Source: Schmidtea nova
Lineage: Eukaryota
NCBI GenBank assembly: GCA_044892505.1
Contig: CM097884.1
Coordinates: 18,972,001 to 19,032,133 of the forward strand
DNA length: 60,133 nucleotides
Direction of reading: 5' to 3'
The notes below the pieces were generated by a model. It worked only from the letters and a program-made list of their open reading frames with translations, did no database searches and was not told the DNA's origin. Shown here piece by piece: positions 21,044 through 32,345 of the stretch (its first letter is position 1; the number at the start of each line of letters is the position of its first letter). The translations under genes and the position numbers were made by a program.

Positions 21044-22420
21044 ATGGACAGAGAAGAACGAATAATCGAAATTTTGAGACTAGAAAACAAAAAATGGAGC
21101 AAGAGGCTCACATGCGGGAAGTGTAACAATTTATTACGAGAACCTAGACAAACGATATGTGGATGTAGAATATGTACAAAATGTATACAAGAATTAGATG
21201 CAACAGGAATAACAACATGCCCAGAATGTAAAGAAGGAAGAATAGTGTTGGACGAAACCAGAACGGATAAAGCAACCCAGAGAGAAATTATGAGCACCAT
21301 AACGGAGTGCGTAAATACACCTTGTACATGGCAAGGACAAATAAGCAATCTAGAAAATCACATGGAAAATTGCGAAGAGAAAAGAGCCGAATGCGAGAAG
21401 TGTCAACAGATAATAATTCTAAAGAAGAAAGAACAACACAAGGACGAATGTAAAGAAGAAGAAATCGCATGCAAGTATTGTGAAACTCGAGAGACAAGGA
21501 GGAGAATCGAAGAAGAACACTTAAATATAACAGAGGAGAAAGTATGCGGACAATATGTAAGCAAATGTCCAAACAATTGCGAAATAACAGAAGAAATAAA
21601 GTTACATGAACATTGGAAAATATGCACCGAAAGGCCAAGAGAATGTCCATATAACAAGCATGGATGCAAGGAAAAGCGGACGCGAAAAACAATGAAACAA
21701 CACTTGGAAGAAGCAGCATTAATGCATGTGGAGATGACAAACGAGGCGGCAAAAGAAACAGAACAGACAATGCAGAAACTGGAAAAGGAAGTAGAATCAC
21801 ATAAAATAATGATGAGTTTACTACTAGAAACAAGAGAGCAGTTTGAACTAACTCGCAAAAGAATGGAAGAAAAAATAATAGCCATAGAAGAATTGGGAAA
21901 AGGAATGAAAATACAATATAATCAATTAATACGAGAAATTGACGAAAGAAGGGACTTACCAATTGCACCTTACCTATGGAAAATAACAGATTTTAGAGAC
22001 AAACTAGCAGAGGCCCGAAATATGACTAAAACAGCAGTAATAAGCCCACCATTTTATTTATGGAAAAATGGGGTTAAAATAAGATTGAAAGTATACCCAA
22101 ATGGAGACGGAAGAGGACAAGGAACACACGTGTCAATATTTTTCTCGTTATGTAAAGGAGAATACGATGACCTAATAGAATGGCCCTTGAAAGTAGGAGT
22201 CATTATAAGAATCAAAAGTATAGGAAAACCAGTAGAAAAGTTCTTTGAAACAGACAAACATACGAGTACAAGCGAAAAACCAACAACAGAATGCGGACTA
22301 GCAGCAGGAGAACCAATGTTTATAAGGAAAGAAAACCTATGGGAGCGACTGTATGCAGACACGCTATACATAGAGATGGAGAGGCATGAGAAAACAGACA
22401 GAAAAGGATGGTTGGCGTAA
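21044..22420 (+). CDS. Full-length TRAF-family protein (RING, TRAF zinc fingers, coiled coil, MATH)
   Basis: CGKC...CGCRICTKC...CPEC RING; C.N.PCTW and CPYNKHGC zinc fingers; MATH SPPFY...YPNGDGRGQGTHVSIFF...GEYD..IEWP. Confidence 0.95.
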   Translation: MDREERIIEILRLENKKWSKRLTCGKCNNLLREPRQTICGCRICTKCIQELDATGITTCPECKEGRIVLDETRTDKATQREIMSTITECVNTPCTWQGQISNLENHMENCEEKRAECEKCQQIIILKKKEQHKDECKEEEIACKYCETRETRRRIEEEHLNITEEKVCGQYVSKCPNNCEITEEIKLHEHWKICTERPRECPYNKHGCKEKRTRKTMKQHLEEAALMHVEMTNEAAKETEQTMQKLEKEVESHKIMMSLLLETREQFELTRKRMEEKIIAIEELGKGMKIQYNQLIREIDERRDLPIAPYLWKITDFRDKLAEARNMTKTAVISPPFYLWKNGVKIRLKVYPNGDGRGQGTHVSIFFSLCKGEYDDLIEWPLKVGVIIRIKSIGKPVEKFFETDKHTSTSEKPTTECGLAAGEPMFIRKENLWERLYADTLYIEMERHEKTDRKGWLA

Positions 22421-22531
22421 TGAAGAAAGTAACCATGTAAATAAACTGTATAAAACAATATGAAATAACAAATAATCAAAAACAATAAAAATAAAAACTG
22501 ATTAAATATTCTTTTATCTGTAATTATAGAA

Positions 22532-23593
22532 ATGGGAAATATAGAGGTAACCTTACAAGAAGTAACCGTACATCAAGACGAAATGATCAGAAATCACATG
22601 GAGCGGATTGGGATATGGATTCACGCCTATTATCGAAAACAGGAGGAATTAGAAAGACAAACCCAAGCACTAAGAGAAGCCGAGAAATCGAATCAAAGAA
22701 GTCGAGAAAAAATAGAAGAAGTCTACAAACTGCTAAGACAACAAAACGAATACTACAAAGGGATGATGAAAGAGCGACGAGAGGATAGGGATAGACAACA
22801 GATAAAAACAGACCATAAGATTCAGTCAATCACCGAACAAGCAAGATATTGGAAAAAAGAGGCAAAAGACTCTTACAAGGAAGCAAGGGAGATAATAGAA
22901 CGAACAGCGTACAGCGATGATTGGAAACTGTTTAAAGAGATCGATGAATTAAAAGAAGAATTAGGGAAAAAGATCAGTCAAGAAGCGTCAAATAAAGTAT
23001 GGAGTAAGAAAAGACAACAATTCATCAGGGAACAAGCCAAGAAAATTAAAGAATTAACTCACCAAGTGCAAAGAATGGGAGAAGATTTAGCCAATCAAGA
23101 ACAATTAAAAGGTATGCTGACCGGAATGTGGAATCACAAGGAAGAAAACATGAAAAGAGACATAAATGGATATCAAGGAGTGATTACCCAGAAGAAAATA
23201 GAATTAAAAAGAACTAAAGAAAGACTGGAAGAAACGAGGCAGAGTTATGAAGAGAACATAACAAATTTGACAAAAGAAAACGAAGAACTGAGAAAGAAGC
23301 TAACAGAAAAACCAGTACCCACAAAGGAAACAAGTATCACAGCAGCAGTGACCGAAATGATAGAGAAAGAAGAGAGAGAGAAAAAATTAGCAGAACTAGA
23401 AAAACAAATAGAAACCCTAACAGAGCAGGCGAACTATCTGGAATACTTATTAGATGAAGAGATCCAGATATCCCACACGTACCGAGAGGAAGTGGAAATG
23501 TGGAGGAGTACGGTAATATGGATGCCACTCCCCATAAATCAGGTGGAACCTCAAGACGAAGGTTTTCACGAACCTAACGAAACCCTCGTGTAA
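22532..23593 (+). CDS. Long coiled-coil protein
   Basis: 353 aa, E/K/R/Q-rich heptads, MG start. Confidence 0.65.
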   Translation: MGNIEVTLQEVTVHQDEMIRNHMERIGIWIHAYYRKQEELERQTQALREAEKSNQRSREKIEEVYKLLRQQNEYYKGMMKERREDRDRQQIKTDHKIQSITEQARYWKKEAKDSYKEAREIIERTAYSDDWKLFKEIDELKEELGKKISQEASNKVWSKKRQQFIREQAKKIKELTHQVQRMGEDLANQEQLKGMLTGMWNHKEENMKRDINGYQGVITQKKIELKRTKERLEETRQSYEENITNLTKENEELRKKLTEKPVPTKETSITAAVTEMIEKEEREKKLAELEKQIETLTEQANYLEYLLDEEIQISHTYREEVEMWRSTVIWMPLPINQVEPQDEGFHEPNETLV

Positions 23594-23672
23594 ATGAGCG
23601 GAAACCAATTGTAAATAGATGATGTAAAATAAAAAGCGTCAAGCTGTATTGACTCCTATGTAAAGATAGAAA

Positions 23673-24233
23673 ATGAGAAAGCTCGCAATACCAATACTCC
23701 TAGGGTTAATAACCATCACCCTACAGAGAGAAGATCTACAACTTACCGAAACCCAATTACGAGTTCTACCCGACAAAACCTACCAAAAAGTAGACAGCCT
23801 AATCGAAGAAGTAATTAAAGAAATCAACGAATTCCGACAGAAATATCCCCACAATCAAGATCATCAAATCCAACAAATCTTAGATAACCAACAACTGAAA
23901 CTAAAAGAAACCCAAAAAACCCTGAAAGAAGGTAGAGAGCCCATAAAAAGCCTAGCCCAAGCTGAAATAGAATATCAAGAGAAATGGATCATAGCAATCA
24001 TCATAATCCTCTCAATCAGCGTAACTATCATCGCAATCACAATCCTGATTGCCTCCTACCGGATAAAAATCCTCAAACAGAAACAAACCATCGTCAACCA
24101 AACATCAAGGCGAGACAACCGAACCCAAAGACGTATGAGAAACCATCTAGATCGAATTCAGACCCACTACGAATTAGCTACAATCAATGAGAGAACTCAA
24201 ACCCAACCCAATGCGAGCCGGAGGATCGAATAG
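23673..24233 (+). CDS. Small type I membrane protein
   Basis: Signal-like MRKLAIPILLGLITIT; TM WIIAIIIILSISVTIIAITILIASY. Confidence 0.65.
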   Translation: MRKLAIPILLGLITITLQREDLQLTETQLRVLPDKTYQKVDSLIEEVIKEINEFRQKYPHNQDHQIQQILDNQQLKLKETQKTLKEGREPIKSLAQAEIEYQEKWIIAIIIILSISVTIIAITILIASYRIKILKQKQTIVNQTSRRDNRTQRRMRNHLDRIQTHYELATINERTQTQPNASRRIE

Positions 24234-25755
24234 ACTTTGTGAACATTTCTGATGAACCTTTGACTATCCTGTGACAATAATCTGATAATATTCAACTATC
24301 CTATGACAAATCTTATGATGTATATAAATTCTATCACCTTAAGTGATTTTCTTTGTGTTTATGTGTATATCTGTAAAACTTTTTATGTATGATGTTATAA
24401 GTAGATATGTATAATTAATTGCGGGACGCAATTTTAGGGGTCCCCGAGTGATGTTGGGCCCACCAATTGGTCTAAAAAGGCAAAAATATTGTACTAATTT
24501 AAACAATAAATACAAATAATAACCACAAAAAACATTCGAAAAACCTAAATTAAAAATTAAAATAAAATAATAAATAATAATTACTAAATTTCCAGCAAAG
24601 GAAGAAAATCAAATTGACACGAGAACGAGCAGTATGGGGGTCTGAAATAAGAAAATTACAAATAAAATCAAATAAAAGTACAATTAATTGGTTAATTACT
24701 TGAAAAAATCGAGACCACCCAGCGAGAAATCTGAACCGGAAATTTAAAATGGTTTATATTAAAATAAAATAACAAAATTACTTTGATGGACGGCCTGATC
24801 CTGATTGGTCAATCTGACCAACTGGATCAGTATAAATACCGATCCAAAAATCATACAGGTAACACCTAAAAACTTAGCTACCGAACTGATCTATCATAGT
24901 CAACTTTGATACGATAAATATTGTGTAAACTTTTGGAAACGCTGCATCTTGGATTTAAAGAGTAAATTTTTTTGTATTGTATTTTGCACTAATTTTATGA
25001 TATGTTTTACATGATTCCCATTTGTTTCATTTCATTTAATATAATTTATTACTATTAATTGCTCTATTTTCTTATGCTATTATTTTATGATATGATAAAT
25101 ATACTTCCTCAGTAGCTAACGCTGCGAGGGAGCAAGCCGTAAATGTGGGATTTCACCGTTCCACAAGATGGTGAGCAGACTTTTTATGGGTATTTTTATT
25201 TAACTTAATTTTATCAGAGGTTTAACTTTACAGTAAAGTTGTGCAGGGACCAGGACACGAGTAAAATTAGCAGCCAGTGTTTCACATTAGTCAATTAACA
25301 TTCGATCAGACAGGAGAGAATAAACTACAGTAGCTATTATCATGTCAATTGATTTTGCATATACACACGATTTTTTTTTTCTCTCGAATCCACATAGCTG
25401 ATCGAAATAATGTCCGGACACACCGAGACGATTTCGACATGTCAACGATAGTTTCAATTAGGATATAAATAACCACATAATCAGATCGATGCTACTGATT
25501 GAATAAGTAAAATCGTAACCTGATCGCTGTAAATAGCGCAGGTAATAATATGTAAATTTTTTAATATCCCGATCGCTGTATATAGTGACGGTGTTAATTG
25601 AATAGCTTAGAAAATATAATTTTTTTTTATTATTCCTCCCTTTCATATTTTTTTTTGTTGTTGTGTTGATCAACGAGAGGAGCACTTTTCATCAGGTCTC
25701 ACCAAAATTTACGGATTCGTCACAGTAAATTTTATTAGTATTATTATTTTCTCAG

Positions 25756-26256
25756 ATGAAAGCAACGATACTGGATGAATTTCTAACAACTCAACGTCAT
25801 GTGGCACGGGTCGAAAATCCTCTAATCCGGACGCAACAGAAGAAATTGAAGTCGCTCCCACAGGAACTTCTAAGAACGCTAAATGCGTTGATGTATAAAT
25901 GGAGACGGGAACTAGGAAAGAAATGTCCATTTTCGATTTGGGCCGGTGGATTAGATACCATCATTTATCGTGGAGGCCCCGGATGGGAAATTCAGGACGA
26001 AAGAGACCGGGAGACGACCGCGCTGTTCATCATAGTGGTGACAGACAGAGAAGAAAATCCAACGACAGTGATCCATTGGGGATATGTCTCACCGCTCAAG
26101 TTGCTTCAATTCGGGTTGATTCCGAATCACCTACCAAAAACGTGCCATGGGCGTCCCAAACTAAACTGTTCGATGGCTCACATCCGACGAGATCCAGTCA
26201 ATCACGGGTTACATATTACTCCCGTTCACGGCCTCAAGCGAAGCGTTTTTCACTAA
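25756..26256 (+). CDS. Hypothetical protein
   Basis: 166 aa ORF with raised GC; ATG directly after TTTTCTCAG. Confidence 0.4.
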   Translation: MKATILDEFLTTQRHVARVENPLIRTQQKKLKSLPQELLRTLNALMYKWRRELGKKCPFSIWAGGLDTIIYRGGPGWEIQDERDRETTALFIIVVTDREENPTTVIHWGYVSPLKLLQFGLIPNHLPKTCHGRPKLNCSMAHIRRDPVNHGLHITPVHGLKRSVFH

Positions 26257-26440
26257 ACATTATATTCACATTTTTATGAACTAAACTATTTCCATAAATT
26301 AAATGGTATTGATCTGTGTTTTGTTTGTTCTTAGTTAAATTTATTTCTATTTATTTAATCATATAAATTTTACACTCGACGGATAATATTAATCGTGGTA
26401 ACAGAATTGCTACATTATAACATGGGTTTTGTTATTTAGT

Positions 26441-27031
26441 ATGACGGAAACTAGCCAACAGCGAGAATTGGACAAGGCGTGGAGAATCCGCCGAGCCTTA
26501 GAGAGGGAACTAAATCAGGAAAAAGCATTACGAGCCAAGGCAGAAGCTCAGATTCAGCATTTACGGACCAGCTGGTTCGCCCCAGCCCGTATGAAGGAGC
26601 AGATGAGTCGGACGGAAAGGGCTCAAAAGACAGCTGACGATTATCGCACCGAATGGGAAGCAACAAAAATTGAGTTGCGCCGATGTCTCCATTCGGTGAC
26701 GACTTCATTTATCGAGTCCGAATTGAAAGCACAAATCCGACCCATTACCTACCAGAAATGGGTAGGAGAACAGAAAGTGGCCTGCTCAGTCAGTACAGAC
26801 ACCGATGGGCTCGAGGCAACAACAGCGCAGAGTCGGGTGGAAACCACCACTGCACCAAACCCCGCCGGAAAACCGAATAAGCGAAAACGAATCGGCTCCA
26901 AGCGCCGTCGCCAAAGAAAGCTGTTTTCTCAGCAATTGCAGACACAAGTAACCACTATGGCAGAAATGTCGGAGGCCGAGTGGTTATCAGAGATATTCCC
27001 TCCTGAAGGAATTTTCAAAGAATTTCTATAA
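26441..27031 (+). CDS. Hypothetical coiled-coil protein with basic NLS-like segment
   Basis: ATG at 26441 after TTTAGT; KPNKRKRIGSKRRRQRK. Confidence 0.45.
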   Translation: MTETSQQRELDKAWRIRRALERELNQEKALRAKAEAQIQHLRTSWFAPARMKEQMSRTERAQKTADDYRTEWEATKIELRRCLHSVTTSFIESELKAQIRPITYQKWVGEQKVACSVSTDTDGLEATTAQSRVETTTAPNPAGKPNKRKRIGSKRRRQRKLFSQQLQTQVTTMAEMSEAEWLSEIFPPEGIFKEFL

Positions 27032-27608
27032 CAGATAGAATACGATGTCAGATTTTGGACTTAATTAAATTTTTGCTCGTTTTTGTTTTTGTTGTTGTTA
27101 TTTCCGAAGTTTTTCCTTCGATTACCTAATTCATATAATTAAATTACCCGTCACACAATGAAAGGAGTAGCGATGAAGGATTTAAATATTATCAAATTCG
27201 TAGTTTCGTTTTGCTTGTTTTTTTTTTTTTGTTTTTATGGTAAATACATAGCCTCACACGCACAAAATAGAACAATAATTGCGTAAGTCCTTCTACGGCC
27301 GCGTGAACCCGTAAACATAAAGGGGGAGTAGTCCTAGCAATAGTGCTCACCTGCCCCTCATTGTTTAACCACCCTGCGCATCACCAACTTGGTTATCAAG
27401 GGAAATAATCAAGGGCGCTCGAGTGTAGCTTACGACTATTTATGCATGATCATGGATGGGAGATCCCTAGCAATCATTCGAATTTTCACCAAACCGTCCA
27501 TGAACCCAGCATATCTGTTAAAGCTTCATTCAATATTTTATTTACAAATAAGTGTGTGTGTGAAAATAATTAGTATATATACCAGTTATTTTTCATTTAT
27601 ATTCTAAA

Positions 27609-28043
27609 ATGTCAAACTTAACCACAAATGGTAAATTTTGATTATTTGTAATTCATCTTTTAACATTTATTTTAGAAAAACTTATGCAAATTTTAATTAA
27701 CAAGGCAGATGAGCTTTAACAATGTCTTTTAAAAGATTTGATATACTGGGCACCGGAAATTATACCATTTCGAATATGGATGTTAACCGGAATATATCTC
27801 AATGTTGTTTTATTGGATCATTTTAAGACGATTGATCAGGAACTATTGGTAGTAATATATCATGAACCTTGTGTATATCGATGTGAAAGTTGCGTTGATA
27901 GGTTGAAGAACTATCATGTATGGATTCTAAAAAATGAGTTGAGAAAATATCATTTTTCAACCATTGTAGATAAATGTTCAAATATTGATGATAAATGTTC
28001 AAACATGGATGAAAACTGTGCAACCATTGATGAAAACATTTGA
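27609..28043 (+). pseudogene. Paralog of the 12575 ORF, intron 27631-27675, premature TAA at 27717
   Basis: MSNLTTN|EKLMQIL...WAPEIIPFRIWMLTG...CVYRCESCV aligns with the 12575 protein. Confidence 0.8.
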
Positions 28044-28571
28044 TAAATAATAAATGTTAATTTGTTTGTACTTTTAGTATTTTATAGTATTTACATTTGA
28101 AAAATTATTTTGATCAATTTAAGCTCAATCTAATCACAATATATGACATATTCAATACACGTACATAAGACTTGCGATACAAATGCATTACACTAGTAAT
28201 ACAAGTGCATAATACTTGCGTAACATAGATGAATCAATCACACATACACAAGTCATTTTACACATCATTACTTTTTAACCAGAATTTATCTACTTTGTTT
28301 TAAAATAAACCCATCAACATAGCAAACTTTTATTGATTTTTATAACTTTTGTCATTATTTTGATCAATCACCTAATATTTACAGTATTATTGTGTTAAAA
28401 ATCGATTTTATTCACATAAATACTATTTAATTTCATAGACAAGAATGTAAAATCAATAGATTTTACACTTGTGACCTAACTAAAGTACCATATATTTAAC
28501 TAGTTTTACAATAAAATCTTTTAAAATCGTTAAATAATCAGTAAAAATTATAATATCAAACAAAAATACAT

Positions 28572-29106
28572 TTATTTTCGATAAATTAAATCAACTATAA
28601 CATAAATGCTACAGAATCCAATTGTTATCTTCAATAAACGTTTCAATTTTCTTTGGTTCTTCTAATAAATCTACTATTTTCAGCTAATTCTATTAGTTTT
28701 TGCCACTGACCATTTTCTTGAACCCAGGGGCATATTTCACTTTGGATAATCTAAAATAATATTAATAATATAATTAAATAAAAATAATATACCTGTACTG
28801 ACCATTGAAAATAATTTTCATAATTTGAACCCGAAATTTCAATTATTTGTTTTATATACATGAACGCCACAATAACATGTGACCACTTCATTTCAGGCTC
28901 AAATAACGAGTAAAACACTCTTTTGAATGCATGTTTCTTGCTTGTAGTCAATTTTTGATTCAAAATCCATGAATAGTTGATGGGATTGGAATGATATATT
29001 TTCTCGGCATCTGACACCAAGATTTGTAAACTTGATATGATTTCATCATCTTTTCTTTAGACAAGAGACCGTCAATCAAATTTATAATAAAAATTTCTTG
29101 TTTCAT
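28572..29106 (-). pseudogene. Bcl-2-family gene with a 42-nt intron (28792-28751) and two frameshifts
   Basis: BH1-like LFEPEMKWSHVIVAF, BH2-like PWVQENGQW after splicing, BH3-like LQILVSDAE, TM tail ITIGFCSIYVIVDLIY. Confidence 0.75.
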
Positions 29107-29174
29107 TTTATAATTAATCATAAATCTTCAAGTATTTATACAAATTTATCCAAGATGTATGTGTGTATTACTCA

Positions 29175-29285
29175 TGAATTGCAACTTGATTGCATGTCTG
29201 GTGCAACTTGATTGCAATTCTATAGCGACTTGATTGCAATTCTATTGCAACTTGATTGCAATTCTATTGCGACTTGATTGTAAAT
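29175..29285. repeat. ~22-bp tandem repeat GC(A/G)ACTTGATTGCAATTCTATT
   Basis: Five to six units visible upstream of the Bcl-2-like gene. Confidence 0.8.
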
Positions 29286-30129
29286 CACGTGTATAGGCAA
29301 CAAAGAAATTGTAAAACAACTATAGATTTTACTATAATTTATGTGTCAGTAAACCGCCTTAATTTACTATGACAAGTAAGTTTTGGCTAACGGGTATTCA
29401 TATAAGCAATGACCATATTATTTACTTAAATCATCATATAATATACTAAACATGTGTGTTTTCACTAAACTAAAACCATCCATATTAACATATAAAATAA
29501 AAGAAATATTATTTACGACCCCACCCGCTAAACTTTCACAAGAAACATGCGATTTATACATGTTAAATAATTGCGTTGACTTACCTGGTTCTGTTAGAAT
29601 AACATTAATTTTCTACATGAGAAAATAGTTTTACAAAAGAACCTTGTTTTACATAGAAAAATTATTCTATACAAAAACATTGTTCTATACAAGAACATTG
29701 TTCTATACAATAACTGATAATATACAAAATCGTCAGTATTAATTTTAAATTTAGATTTAACTTTAGAATTAACAATCATAGATATGATCAAGTTAATAAT
29801 AATAAAAATAATTATATCAATAATATTTTAAAAATAGTAATAAAAATAATATTAAAAGAGAAATATATCAATAATAGTAATAATAATAATACTTTGAAAA
29901 ATAATAATTTGAGAAATAGTAATAATAATAGTAAAAATAGTATTAAAAGAGAAATATATCAATATTTGTAATAATAATAATAATAATATCAATAATATCA
30001 ATAATACTTTGAAAAATAATAATAATATCAATAATACTTTGAAAAATAATAATAATATCAATAATAATACGTTGCAAAATAGTAATAATAGTAAAAAATA
30101 GTATTAAAAAGAAATATATAAATATAAGT

Positions 30130-30186
<57 letters not shown>

Positions 30187-30228
30187 CAGAAAATAATAAT
30201 AGTAGAAATAAGAAATATATAAATATTA

Positions 30229-30303
<75 letters not shown>

Positions 30304-30304
30304 G

Positions 30305-31214
30305 TATTATCAATAATTCTCATAATGACTATAGATCAAATTTTTTTTATAAACAATAACACAATATTTCGGCACAGCCTTTATCAAGTGTGTATTTCTA
30401 TCGTTATATTTACTTAATCCTAAATAGTAGCCTTAATTATTTTTTTAATATTTTATAATGATTTTATTGGATAAAAAATTTATTTTAATTTTTTTGTGCG
30501 AATTGAATGTTGATGGACGGTTTGTATTTTTTTATGAAAAAAGTCTCGGAAGCTAATCTTTGTAATGAATTTTTGAATCCCTCTTGTAGAATCTGGCATT
30601 TTGTTTCTTCTATAGATGGAGTTGTTTTATGTACTTTCTCCCAGTGTTCGTAATAATTACTGGTTTTGATTTTAGTGTGTTCATTAAGTCGGGTGCGAAA
30701 GGTTCTATGTGTTTCTCCTATGTAAGTAGCGTCACATTTTTGGCAAGAAAGTTTATATACTATATTTTTGGAAAAGCAAAAGCATCGGGTTGTGGAACGG
30801 CAAAGACATTTATGTTTGGAGATGTTGGAAATTGGTGGCTTTCGGAGTTGTGATTTTAACGGTGCGGAGGTTATGAACGTTGGACGGATGTGGATAGGCA
30901 AATCTGTTTGATTAAAAATGTTGGTGATTTTGTTGGCTGTAGTGTCATTTAGGAAAGGTAATCTTAGATATGTTGTGTGTTTCTTATTGTTATTGTGTTT
31001 CTGGCGTTTTCTATTGTTGCGTTTATTGTGGTATGGTTCGTTAAGGAAGTGTTTCTTTACAAAGTCTTCAGGGTATCCATTTTGGAGGAATCGTATTTTG
31101 AAGTTTTCTAATGTTTCTTGTATTTTGTTTGCGTCTGAACAGTTTCTTATGGCTCTTTTTCTTTCTCCTATTAATAATGAGATTTTGCGTTGAAGTGGAA
31201 CGTGGCTTTTCCAT
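30305..31214 (-). mobile_element. 5'-truncated Penelope-like element (GIY-YIG part and 3' end)
   Basis: Near-identical to 37292-38200; flanked by (AAT)n. Confidence 0.9.
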
Positions 31215-31655
31215 AATAATAATAATAATAATTATAATACTTAGGAAAACAAGATCAATATTTCTTTTTTAAATATCAATAATAGTAGAAATATTAATAA
31301 TTATAATAAAAAATTGAAAAATAGTANNNNNNNNNNNNNNNNNNNNNNNNNNNNNNNNNNNNNNNNNNNNNNNNNNNNNNNNNNNNNNNNNNNNNNNNNN
31401 NNNNNNNNNNNNNNNNNNNNNNNNNNNNNNNNNNNNNNNNNNNNNNNNNNNNNNNNNNNNNNNNNNNNNNATAAAAAGAAATATATCCATAGTAGTAATA
31501 ATAATAATAATGATAATAATAATATCAACAAAATACAACAAAGGTCTAATACAACAAAAGTTCAAAACATCACAAGTGCAATAAAACCAATAATAAAGAT
31601 ATAAACCTACAATAATTTCATATAAAATCTTTTCAGTAAATCGAGTCCAATTAAA

Positions 31656-32063
31656 ATGAAACCAGTTAAGAACGATACCAAATCAATTCAAAACAAATTT
31701 GATTTACGACCTGTTCAGATGTTTCACGATTACCAAATGATTTTCTTGGTAAATGAAGTCTCTTTCACGGTCCCAAATCCGGTAAAGCTGTCGACTTCGC
31801 AATATTCAAATTTAATTGGCCAGCTTTATAAAGAAGATGTTGTTGCAATCAATAAAGTGTTGATGAAAATCAACAAGAAATTATCTTTCAATGAAACAAT
31901 ATTCATCAACAACAAGAACACCGAATTTCATGACGCATTTCAATCCCTTGAGTTTATGGACAATGAAAATTGGTTTATTGATACATCGATTCAAGGATAT
32001 AAAATCGATCCAAAAGAATCAATGTCTCCAATTTGGAAGATAAAAAGCGCAAGAATTGCATAG
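31656..32063 (+). CDS. Paralog of the 13748 ORF
   Basis: Collinear similarity over the whole length. Confidence 0.75.
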   Translation: MKPVKNDTKSIQNKFDLRPVQMFHDYQMIFLVNEVSFTVPNPVKLSTSQYSNLIGQLYKEDVVAINKVLMKINKKLSFNETIFINNKNTEFHDAFQSLEFMDNENWFIDTSIQGYKIDPKESMSPIWKIKSARIA

Positions 32064-32194
32064 ATGAAATAACATTTTTGTCATATGTGTATTTATTAAT
32101 AAATGTTGATAAATTCTCACTTGGTGTTTTTGAAAAAATGTTTTGTAAAATTTTATGTTTTGAAAAATCTTTAAGTTTTTATATAATTTTTAGA

Positions 32195-32345
32195 ATTTGA
32201 CCTTAAAAATTGACCTTAGCATGACCTTGACATCATGGTGACCTTAACCTTACCTTGCCCTTAAAGTGTCCTTAAAATTTGACCTTAGTGTCCTTAAAAT
32301 TTGACCTTAAAGTGTTCTCAAAATGTCCTTAAAATTTGACCTTTA
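32195..32345. repeat. Subterminal array of TGACCTT (AAGGTCA nuclear-receptor half-site consensus)
   Basis: Seven exact TGACCTT plus TGTCCTT/TGCCCTT variants. Confidence 0.8.

Larger units (their letters stand above)
15772..24233 (+). mobile_element. A-rich intronless co-oriented gene cluster (unit A); probable part of a large virus-like or retro-element
   Basis: Strong A-over-T skew on the coding strand, no introns, 79-125 nt spacers with shared motifs, interrupted at its 5' side by Polinton 1. Confidence 0.6.

Noticed and set aside
15732-23528. Many minus-strand hydrophobic ORFs
   Set aside because: Antisense shadows of the A-rich plus-strand ORFs
24453-25165. Possible LTR after unit A (AGGGG...TGTTGGG start, CCAAT and TATAAA, CCACA then TGGTGAGCAG)
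   Set aside because: Termini are not true inverted repeats, the PBS matches no tRNA I can identify, and there is no second copy in the window
27327-27345. AGTAGT as left end of Polinton 2
   Set aside because: Following sequence does not match the TIR at 32506
29852-30313. Poly-Leu/Tyr ORFs
   Set aside because: (AAT)n microsatellite translations
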